Origin: Candidatus Multivoradales bacterium
GTDB taxonomy: Bacteria > Acidobacteriota > Thermoanaerobaculia > Multivoradales > JAHEKO01
DNA: 64,000 bases
NCBI GenBank assembly: GCA_965223855.1
Contig: CBDCXM010000009.1
Location: 1,344,001 to 1,408,000 of the forward strand
Direction of reading: 5' to 3'
Shown one piece after another: positions 56,562-64,000 of the stretch (its first letter is position 1; each line of letters opens with the position of its first letter). The notes beneath the pieces were generated by a model. That model worked only from the letters and a program-made list of their open reading frames with translations. It was not told the origin of the DNA and searched no databases. A program made the position numbers and the translations under genes.

Positions 56562-57931
56562 GTTCCGACCCAGCCGGCGACGATCTTCGTCATCCGCTCG
56601 ACCCCCTCGTCGAAGGCGGCGACCGCGATCCTCTCGTTGGCGGCGTGGACGGTCGTCGTGTAGCGCCCGCTCAGTCGGAAGGGTGAGAAGCCGTAGGCGG
56701 GGAACCCTCGCTCCCGGAAGTAGCGGGAGTCGGTGACGCCACCGATCATCTGCTCGACGATCGGCGCTTCGGTGCTCAAGACCTGCTCGAGCAGGGCGAC
56801 GACCTCGTGGTCGAACGGGCTCGCTGCGGCGGGTGGAGCGGCCAGGAGGGTCTCGATCGCTACTTCGGGCCCGAGGGTCTGGGCGATCGCGGTGCGCTTG
56901 GCGTCGGTGTCCGACCCCGGCAACAGACGGGCGTCGATCGACGCCCAGGCGCTGCCGTCCTCTTCCGTCTCGAGTTGATTGACCTGAAGGGAATCGATGA
57001 AGTAGTTCTCCATCCCGGGCATGAGTCGGGTGGTCGGCCCGGTCGGTGCGATGTGGCTATCCAGGTCGAGGAAGACCGAGCGCCGGCCGCGCCGGTAGAA
57101 CGGGGCGAGGCCGGCGAAGACCCGTCTCGCCGGCGCGGTGACCCGCCATTCGATCGGTTCCGCGAGCAGGCGATCGAGTGCGGTGACCAGAGTGCGCGCG
57201 TCAGGAGCCTCGATCCTGAGCCACAGCGGAAGTTTCTGGGCCGTCTCGATGCCCCACCACTGGATGCGCTCCTCCGACACCCGGTTGAACCCCCCCTCGT
57301 TCAGCACCGCTGCCGTGTCGGCGAAGAGCTCGGGTCGCTCCCTCAGCCAGCGGCCGACGCCGATCTCGCCTCCGGTCTCCTCTCCTGCCGCCGCGAACAG
57401 CGCGACCGCGCGGTGTCGTCGTCGGCCCGATCTTTCTACTTCGAGCATCGCGGAGAGCTGTGCGATGCCGAGCCCCTTGGCGTCGATCGCCCCACGCCCC
57501 CACAACTCGCCATCGACGTGGGCGCCCGAGAAGGGCGCCTGCGCCCACCCGTCCCCGGCCGGCGTGACGTCGATGTGGTGAAGCAGCAGCAGAGTCGGGC
57601 CGCTCTCGGCGCCCGCCGAAGCGGGAAGCCTCGCGTACCAGCTCGGCCGACCGTCTCCGGCGTCGAGCCGTGTGGTCTCGATCGCGCTGCCGGCGACGAA
57701 GCTCTCGAGGAGATCGACGGCGGCGCTCTCTCCCCGGACCGCTGCCGTCTCTCCGGTTCGTACGGCCTGACCCTCGTCGCCGTGCCCGTCTGTCGTGTCG
57801 ATCCTGAGATAGCTCTGCAGCCGTTGGGCGGCAGCCGACAGTCCTTCGTCGTCCCCCGAAGGCGGGGTGGTGCAGCCGGCGGTCGCGAACGCCAGGGCGA
57901 CGGCGACGGTCAGCCGAGATAGACGATCCAC
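56510..57931 (-). CDS. M20/M25/M40 metallo-hydrolase lipoprotein
   Basis: Lipobox ATAGC, HHIDV, GRGAIDAKG, GEETG, LNEGG, TDSRYFR, HAANERI. Confidence 0.9.
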   Translation of the reverse strand: MDRLSRLTVAVALAFATAGCTTPPSGDDEGLSAAAQRLQSYLRIDTTDGHGDEGQAVRTGETAAVRGESAAVDLLESFVAGSAIETTRLDAGDGRPSWYARLPASAGAESGPTLLLLHHIDVTPAGDGWAQAPFSGAHVDGELWGRGAIDAKGLGIAQLSAMLEVERSGRRRHRAVALFAAAGEETGGEIGVGRWLRERPELFADTAAVLNEGGFNRVSEERIQWWGIETAQKLPLWLRIEAPDARTLVTALDRLLAEPIEWRVTAPARRVFAGLAPFYRRGRRSVFLDLDSHIAPTGPTTRLMPGMENYFIDSLQVNQLETEEDGSAWASIDARLLPGSDTDAKRTAIAQTLGPEVAIETLLAAPPAAASPFDHEVVALLEQVLSTEAPIVEQMIGGVTDSRYFRERGFPAYGFSPFRLSGRYTTTVHAANERIAVAAFDEGVERMTKIVAGWVGTQSDPAEDESPDASRHQ

Positions 57932-58779
57932 AAGACCACTCCTCCCCAGGCGGCGATGTTGAGCAGGAAGGGGAGGTCACGCAGGAGCTGCTCGGTCGGG
58001 TTGCGCTGTGCGGTCTTCTGGTAGATCAGGAAGAGGTAGCGGAAGATCCCGAAGAGCACGAACGGCACCGTGTACACGAGCCGACTGCCGAAGCGGTCGA
58101 CGTTCTCGGGCGCCACGGCGTAGAGCGCGTAGGAGAGCACGCTCGATGCGGTCACCACATTGACCATCTGATCGAGGAACGGAGCGCTGTAGCGCTCGAG
58201 CACGTCACGGGCGTCACCCGCCCGGTCGGACAGCAGCATGATCTCGTGGCGCCTCTTGGAGAGCGCCAGGAGCAGCGAAACGAAGATCGTGCACAGGAGC
58301 AGCCATGCGGAGACCTCGACGCCGGCCGCCGAGCCGCCGCCGAAGACGCGCAGCACGAATCCCAGGCTGATGATGAGGACGTCGAGGATTACGACCCGCT
58401 TGAGGCCGAGCGAGTAGAGGAGATTGAGGGTGAAGTAGAGCGCGACGACGGTGACGACGGTGCCGCCGAGCCAGGCTGCGAGAGTCAGCGCGGCGCCGAC
58501 GAGGACGAGCGCCGCGACCATGCCGACCGCCGGAGATACAATGCCGGAAGCGAACGGCCGATGGCGTTTCAGTGGGTGCCGGCGGTCTTCCTCGCGGTCG
58601 CGGATGTCGTTGAAGAGGTAGACGGCGCTCGACGCGAGGCAGAACGCGACGAAGGCGAGGAGCGTCCTCGCCTGGGCGTCACGGTCGCCGAGCGAGCCGG
58701 CGAAGACGAGTGGCGCCAGCACGAAGACGTTCTTGACCCACTGATGAGGCCGCATGGCGGCCCACAGACCCTTCAGCAT
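57910..58779 (-). CDS. UbiA family decaprenyl-phosphate phosphoribosyltransferase
   Basis: RPHQWVKN, YLFND..D...DRRHPLKRHRPFASG, LYSLGLK, KRRHE, GIFRYL; start 58779 or 58788. Confidence 0.92.
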   Translation of the reverse strand: MLKGLWAAMRPHQWVKNVFVLAPLVFAGSLGDRDAQARTLLAFVAFCLASSAVYLFNDIRDREEDRRHPLKRHRPFASGIVSPAVGMVAALVLVGAALTLAAWLGGTVVTVVALYFTLNLLYSLGLKRVVILDVLIISLGFVLRVFGGGSAAGVEVSAWLLLCTIFVSLLLALSKRRHEIMLLSDRAGDARDVLERYSAPFLDQMVNVVTASSVLSYALYAVAPENVDRFGSRLVYTVPFVLFGIFRYLFLIYQKTAQRNPTEQLLRDLPFLLNIAAWGGVVLWIVYLG

Positions 58780-61162
58780 GAGCGACATTGTACGGAACGA
58801 CGACGCGGGCCGTCTCCGCTTCCTCCTCGCGTGGGTGGCGCCGGTACTCGTGCTGCTCGGCTTCGTGATCGCACCGCTGGCGAGCGGCGAGCGAACCCTC
58901 TTTCAGCGCGACGTGATGAACACCCACTACGGGAAGAAGTTCGCGCAGGCGGAGGCGATGCTCGCGGGCGAGTTGCCGATGGTCGATCTCCAACGCGCGG
59001 GCGGGCAGGTCCACGTGGGCAACCCGAACACGGTACCGCTCTATCCGACCAACCTGCTGCTCTATGTCGCGGAGCCGCTGTGGATGATCAACGCCCACTT
59101 CTGGCTTCATTGGCTGGCGGCGCTCGTCGGCGGGTTCTGGCTCGGGCGGGCTCTCGGCCAGTCCCGCGAAGCCGCGTGGACTCTCGGGGTCGTGTACGCC
59201 CTGAGCGGGTACTTCCTGTCGACGCTCAACCTCTTCAATCTCGTCGCGGCGGCAGCCTTGCTACCTGCACTGTTGGCGGCGGCGGTGGAGATGGAACGGC
59301 GGCACACTCGTCGGAGAGCCTTCGTGGCGCTCGTGGTGCTGTGGGTGCTGATGATCCTGGGCGGCGATCCGGTGACGGCGGCGATCGCCTTCTTCGGCGT
59401 CGTTGCCGTGGTTCTCTACCGTCACCGGCGGCGCTATCCATGGGGCGCCGCCGCTCTCGCGATCGGCCTCGGCACGTTGATCGCGGCGCCGCAGTGGGTC
59501 GAGCTGCTGCGGATCGTCGGCTTCTCGTATCGCGGCTTCTGGGGCTACGGCGACGATCTCGCGACCTTTGGCGGATGGCGGCCCGTCGATGCGCTCGACC
59601 TCTTGATTCCTCTGCCGTTCGGCCCCCCCAACGTCAACTACTGGGGGCACCACTTGCACGTCAACCACGTGCCGCTCTTCCTCACGTACTACCCCGGATT
59701 GCTGGCGATCGCCCTGGCGACGGCGGCGCGCAAGTCGGGCGACCGCTCCTTCGGCTGGGCGTGGTGGCTGGTAGGTGGGGGATTGTTCTTCGCGCTCGGA
59801 GAGACGAACCCGATCGTCGTCGCCGTGTCCAGGCTGCCGGGTGCTTCGCTGCTTCGGATTCCGGCCAAGCTCTGGTGTCTGGTGGCGCTCGGACTGGCGG
59901 TCCTGGCGTCGTTGGCGGCATCGACGCTCTCGGACCCGGTCGGCAGGCGACGCTTCCGGCGCTCGTTGGCGGTGCTGGCGACGCTCGTGGGTGCCGGCTG
60001 GCTCGTGCTGACGGTCCTCCCGTCACTGGCGGAGACGTGGCTCGGCCGGCTGATTCCCGAGGGCGCCGGAGAAGAGTTCGTCGAGCGCGAGCGCCTGCGC
60101 TGGGCCGGCCTGTGCCTCATCAACCTGCTGGCACTCGGGCTCGCCTTCGTCGGCCTCGGAGCGACCCGCCGTCGGCCGGCGCTCTTCGGAGCGCTGTTGC
60201 TCGTCCTCCACACTGCGTCCCAGATCTTCTTCCTCGTGCCGGTCCTCGAGACCGACGAGCGGCGCTTCTACCTCGAGCGCCCGCCTCTGCTGGACGAGAT
60301 TCCTCCCGGTTCTAGAGTGGTGTACGCCGAGGTCTTCAATCTGTTCGGCCCGACGCGCATCGAAGCACGAGAGTTTCCGGGCGGCAGCTTCCTGTGGCGC
60401 CAGCGCGCCCTGTACCAGGATCTCGCACCGTGGTCGGGCGTGAAGGGTGACCTCCACTACGAGTTCGACGTTTCGCCGGAGGGGCTCGACTCCTTCCTCA
60501 CCCGTGCCACTGCGGGCACACTCGTCAATGCCGACTCGGACCTCGACAGGATGCGGATCCTCGAGGCGAGCGGCGTCGAGTTCCTTCTCATCAAGCGACC
60601 TCTGGACGAGCGGGTGCTCGATCGCGTCGAGCTCGTCACGACCCGCCCGACTCCCGGTACCGAGCTCCATGTCTACCGGTTGCTGCGATCGGCCCGGTGG
60701 CTCGAAGTGCCCGGAGCCTCGAACGGTTCCGACAATCTCAGCGACGCGCTGGCTACGATTCTCGACGAGGAGTTCGATCCCTCTCGCCACGTCGTTCTGG
60801 CGGGTGAGCACGAGCTGCGCGTCGGAGCGCCGGGGACGGCTCGCGAGCTGTCGCGTCGGGGGGCGGCGCTCGAGATCGAGGTCGAGGCGCCCGACCCCGC
60901 CGTCCTCGTCGTCCAACGCACGCACCTGCCGATCTACAAGGTGGAGGTCGACGGCGAACCGGCGTCCTTCTTCGCCGCCAACCTCCACCGTCTCGGCATC
61001 AAGGTCCCGGCGGGCCGGCACCGGGTCACCATCGACATCGATCGCAGGCCGTTCCACCTGTCGCTCCTCGCTTCGGCGGTAGGTCTCGTGGCGCTGATTC
61101 TGTTCGTCTGGAAGGGGCCGATGCCGCTCGCGGCGGGTGAGCCTTCCGCGCCGGCCGGCTGA
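58778..61162 (+). CDS. YfhO-family polytopic membrane glycosyltransferase (GT-C)
   Basis: RD..NTHY, GELP.., NP...LYP, YALSG, GGDP, many TM, C-terminal VDG..AN...GIKVPAGRHRV; start uncertain (58754 or 58778). Confidence 0.8.
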   Translation: MSDIVRNDDAGRLRFLLAWVAPVLVLLGFVIAPLASGERTLFQRDVMNTHYGKKFAQAEAMLAGELPMVDLQRAGGQVHVGNPNTVPLYPTNLLLYVAEPLWMINAHFWLHWLAALVGGFWLGRALGQSREAAWTLGVVYALSGYFLSTLNLFNLVAAAALLPALLAAAVEMERRHTRRRAFVALVVLWVLMILGGDPVTAAIAFFGVVAVVLYRHRRRYPWGAAALAIGLGTLIAAPQWVELLRIVGFSYRGFWGYGDDLATFGGWRPVDALDLLIPLPFGPPNVNYWGHHLHVNHVPLFLTYYPGLLAIALATAARKSGDRSFGWAWWLVGGGLFFALGETNPIVVAVSRLPGASLLRIPAKLWCLVALGLAVLASLAASTLSDPVGRRRFRRSLAVLATLVGAGWLVLTVLPSLAETWLGRLIPEGAGEEFVERERLRWAGLCLINLLALGLAFVGLGATRRRPALFGALLLVLHTASQIFFLVPVLETDERRFYLERPPLLDEIPPGSRVVYAEVFNLFGPTRIEAREFPGGSFLWRQRALYQDLAPWSGVKGDLHYEFDVSPEGLDSFLTRATAGTLVNADSDLDRMRILEASGVEFLLIKRPLDERVLDRVELVTTRPTPGTELHVYRLLRSARWLEVPGASNGSDNLSDALATILDEEFDPSRHVVLAGEHELRVGAPGTARELSRRGAALEIEVEAPDPAVLVVQRTHLPIYKVEVDGEPASFFAANLHRLGIKVPAGRHRVTIDIDRRPFHLSLLASAVGLVALILFVWKGPMPLAAGEPSAPAG

Positions 61163-61202
61163 GCCGTCGCTGCTATCATCGCCAGCCATTCGAGACCATC
61201 AG

Positions 61203-62738
61203 ATGGGGCAATCGGGCAAACGTTTCAGCAAGGTGCTGATCGCCAACCGCGGCGAGATCGCGGTGCGTGTGCTGAGGACCTTGCGCGAACTCGACATCCG
61301 CTCCGCCGTCGTCTTCTCCGACCCTGACCGGGCGGCGCTGCCGGTGCTCCTCGCCGACGAGGCCTACAGGGTCGGCCCGGCGCCGTCGGCCGAGAGCTAC
61401 CTGAGGGGCGAGGCGATCGCCGAACTCGCCGTGGAGATCGGTGCCGACGCGATCCACCCCGGCTACGGATTTCTGTCCGAGAACGCCGACTTCGCCCGGC
61501 TGTGCCGCGACAGGGGAGTCAAGTTCATCGGCCCGTCGCCCGAGGCGATGGCTTCGATGGGCTCCAAGATCGAGAGTCGGCGTCTCATGAAGGCCGCCGG
61601 TGTGCCCGTCGTGCCGGGTGGAGAGGATCCGCTGCCGACCGCTGCGGAGGCGGTCGCCTTCGCGGAGGAGATCGGATTTCCCGTCATGGTGAAGGCTTCG
61701 GCTGGTGGAGGCGGCAAGGGAATGCGCCTCGTCGAATCGGCGGAAGACCTGCCGTCGGCTTACCGGACGGCACGATCGGAGGCGGCGGCGAGCTTCGGCG
61801 ACGACGCCGTCTATATCGAGAAGTTCGTCCTCGAACCGCGGCACGTGGAGATCCAGATCCTTGGCGACGAGCACGGCAAGGTGGTGTCGCTCGGCGAGCG
61901 CGAGTGCTCGCTGCAGCGGCGGCATCAGAAGGTCGTCGAGGAGGCGCCGTCGCCGGTCGTCGACGCCGACCTGCGCCGCCGCATGGGAGAGGCGGCGGTG
62001 CGCGCGGCCGAGGCGGTCGGCTATGCCAACGCCGGCACGGTCGAGTTCCTCCTCGATCCGAACGGTGACTTCTATTTTCTCGAGATGAACACCCGCCTGC
62101 AGGTCGAGCATCCGATCACCGAGCAGGTGACGGGGGTCGACATCGTCCGCCAGCAGATCGCCGTTGCCCAGGGGGAGCCGCTCGACCCCCGGCTCGAGGG
62201 GATCGAGCCGCGCGGGCACGCCATCGAGGTGCGCCTCTATGCAGAGGACCCCTGGCGCGGCTTCACCCCGTCACCCGGGCGGATCGTCCGGCTGCGCCTC
62301 CCGGAGGGGCCGGGGGTGCGCAACGACTGCGGCGTGTACGAGGGAGGCGAGGTCTCGATCCACTACGACCCGATGATCGGCAAGCTGATCGCTTTCGGAG
62401 CCGACCGGGAAGAGGCGATGGACCGCCTCGGCCGCGCCCTGGCCGAGCTGAGGGTCGACGGCATCCGCACGACGGCGCCGCTCTTTCAGGCCCTTCTCGA
62501 AGACGGCGACTTCAGGAGCGGCAATTTCGACATCGGCATGCTCGACCGCAAGCTCGCGGCGGGAGAGCTCCAGCCCGATCCACCGGATCACCTGCGCAAT
62601 CTGACCATCGCCGCAGCCGCCCTCGAGCACCTCGAGCGGGGTGGCCGGAGAGCGGCGGACGCGAAGAGCGAAGGACGGCGCGACTACTGGCGCTCGGCCG
62701 GGCGCCGTGACGCGATCAGGGGGAGCGGATGGAGCTGA
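61203..62738 (+). CDS. accC: biotin carboxylase subunit of acetyl/propionyl-CoA carboxylase
   Basis: KVLIANRGEIA, HPGYGFLSEN, GGGGKGMR, ERECSLQRRHQK, EMNTRLQVEH, YDPMIGKL. Confidence 0.96.
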   Translation: MGQSGKRFSKVLIANRGEIAVRVLRTLRELDIRSAVVFSDPDRAALPVLLADEAYRVGPAPSAESYLRGEAIAELAVEIGADAIHPGYGFLSENADFARLCRDRGVKFIGPSPEAMASMGSKIESRRLMKAAGVPVVPGGEDPLPTAAEAVAFAEEIGFPVMVKASAGGGGKGMRLVESAEDLPSAYRTARSEAAASFGDDAVYIEKFVLEPRHVEIQILGDEHGKVVSLGERECSLQRRHQKVVEEAPSPVVDADLRRRMGEAAVRAAEAVGYANAGTVEFLLDPNGDFYFLEMNTRLQVEHPITEQVTGVDIVRQQIAVAQGEPLDPRLEGIEPRGHAIEVRLYAEDPWRGFTPSPGRIVRLRLPEGPGVRNDCGVYEGGEVSIHYDPMIGKLIAFGADREEAMDRLGRALAELRVDGIRTTAPLFQALLEDGDFRSGNFDIGMLDRKLAAGELQPDPPDHLRNLTIAAAALEHLERGGRRAADAKSEGRRDYWRSAGRRDAIRGSGWS

Positions 62739-63247
62739 TCGTCAAACACACCGACGGCGAGATGAAGGTCAAGATCGAGCGGCGGGGTGGCGAGTTCAAC
62801 CTGCAGATCGGTGATCAGTCCTACGTCATCCTCTCCGCGGAAGCGATGAACGGGGTGCGCAGCCTGCTGGTGGAAGGGATGCAATTCGAGGTCGCCGTCA
62901 GGAGCGTCGGCGAGGATCGTTACGAGGTGACGAGCAGCGGCGGCGTGGAGACGGTCCATGTGCAGGATCCCTTGACCGCGCTGGCCGAGTCGGCCCACGC
63001 CGAGGGTGCCGGCGGCGGCCGGCAGCGGGTCGACGCCTACATGCCGGGGCGGGTTACCTCGGTGCTGGTCGCGGAAGGGGACGCCGTCACCGCCGGGCAG
63101 GGCGTCGTCGTGCTCGAGGCGATGAAGATGGAGAACGAGATCCAGGCCGAGCGCGACGGCGTCGTCAGCCGCATCCATGTCGAAGCGGGGCAGGCGGTCG
63201 AGGGGGGAGACCCCCTGTTCGAGCTCGAAGCGGCCGAGACGGGCTGA
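62729..63247 (+). CDS. biotin carboxyl carrier protein
   Basis: MPGRV, LEAMKMENEI biotinylation motif. Confidence 0.95.
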   Translation: MELIVKHTDGEMKVKIERRGGEFNLQIGDQSYVILSAEAMNGVRSLLVEGMQFEVAVRSVGEDRYEVTSSGGVETVHVQDPLTALAESAHAEGAGGGRQRVDAYMPGRVTSVLVAEGDAVTAGQGVVVLEAMKMENEIQAERDGVVSRIHVEAGQAVEGGDPLFELEAAETG

Positions 63248-63253
63248 GAGCGG

Positions 63254-64000
63254 CTACCCGCCGGAGCCGCCGCTGCCGGCGACGGTCCGCTCGACGATCG
63301 AGACGACCTCGTCGGCTTCGATGTCGCGCAGGCAGCGGTGGTGCAGCAGCGGGCAGCGCCGCCGGAAGCACGGCGCGCACCACCGGTCGCGGGTGACGAC
63401 GTGGTGGCCTTCGCCGGTGGGAGCGGTTCGGCTCGGGTCGGTGGGGCCGAAGAGTGCCACACAGCGGACGCCGACGGCGGCAGCCAGGTGCATCGGCCCC
63501 GAGTCGTTGGTGACGAGGACGCGGTGGTGGGAGAGCACCGCAGCCAGGTCCGCCAGATCGAGGTCGGGGCCCAGGACCGGATGGACCTTGCCGGTCTCCT
63601 CGTGCAGCCGTACGGCGAGCCAGGTCTCTTTCGGCCCGGCGAGAATCGTCAGCCGCGCCTCGGGCAGCGCGCGCCGCACCTGCCGCGCCGTCTCCTCGAA
63701 CCGCTCCCTCGGCCACTGCTTGGAGGCCCCGAACTCGGCGCCGGGGAAGAGCCCGACGATCGGTCCGGCGGCGATGTCGATGCCCGCGCGGGCCAGGCGT
63801 TCGGCGCCGCGCGCCGCGTGCTCCGGGCCCAGTTCGAGCCGCGGGGTCCAATCGCCGGGCGGCTCGACGCCCATCGCCGCGAGCAGCGGGGCGTAGTCCT
63901 CCACCTGATGAACGTCGGTCGGCGGTCGGGCGACGGCGGGGGCGAGCAGCGGGCTGCGGAATCCGCCCCGGTAGCCCCAGCGGGCGGGGATGCCGGCGCG
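63254..64000 (-). CDS. GT9 LPS heptosyltransferase (WaaF-like), 5' end outside the window
   Basis: AGIPARWGY, PGAEFGASKQWP, TNDSGPMHLAAAVG, FGPT, CAPC..RRCP..HHRC. Confidence 0.92.
   Translation of the reverse strand, partial: RAGIPARWGYRGGFRSPLLAPAVARPPTDVHQVEDYAPLLAAMGVEPPGDWTPRLELGPEHAARGAERLARAGIDIAAGPIVGLFPGAEFGASKQWPRERFEETARQVRRALPEARLTILAGPKETWLAVRLHEETGKVHPVLGPDLDLADLAAVLSHHRVLVTNDSGPMHLAAAVGVRCVALFGPTDPSRTAPTGEGHHVVTRDRWCAPCFRRRCPLLHHRCLRDIEADEVVSIVERTVAGSGGSGG

Noticed and set aside
2871-60315. Many long antisense or alternate-frame ORFs (e.g. 2871-4376, 30033-31883, 38149-40164, 58246-60315)
   Set aside because: Shadow ORFs typical of high-GC codon bias; they overlap well-supported genes and show no motifs.
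61203-63247. Biotin carboxylase and BCCP split, and distant from pccB/accD
   Set aside because: A known, common arrangement of acyl-CoA carboxylase genes.

Overview
GC-rich bacterial chromosomal window with no rRNA, tRNA, CRISPR or transposase seen. Gene content and style suggest Acidobacteriota, probably Thermoanaerobaculia-like (inference). About 60 CDS. (1) 1-13.3 kb is housekeeping and envelope: dxr, rseP, a frameshifted Cys-less peroxiredoxin-like gene, PASTA, rpe, bamD, cpoB, LysM, Fis-like, SLT, tatA (missed by the ORF track), AmgK-like kinase, pgeF, ftsEX. (2) 13.4-21.8 kb on the minus strand runs yebC-ruvC, then ExbB-ExbD-ExbD-TonB-DUF4388-TPR-OM barrel-OmpA, resembling the myxobacterial Agl/Glt motor layout. 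(3) 22-33 kb holds a receiver/acidic-repeat/pseudokinase, accD-folC, glyA, a histone-like protein, pccB and tldD/E. (4) 33.4-47.3 kb is a type IV pilus locus: PilR/PilS-like pair, PilY1, PilX/W/V, FimT, PilD and a GspG-like major pilin. Three sigma54 promoters were found, two in this locus and one at 17.1 kb. (5) 47.4-64 kb is a surface-glycan modification block (GT-C, DegT, MFS/spermidine synthase, two sulfatase-fold enzymes, UbiA DPPR synthase, YfhO, GT9) plus biotin carboxylase and BCCP. Best candidate for a new system: a split M20 metallopeptidase. A small exported stand-alone M20 dimerization domain (46176-46541, between pilin and pilD) carries the GHSxP and NVVP loops, and both nearby full-length exported M20 enzymes (47406-48773, 56510-57931) lack exactly those loops. 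About ten genes also show a leaderless-mRNA promoter signature. All calls come from reading motifs by eye; no database searches were run.
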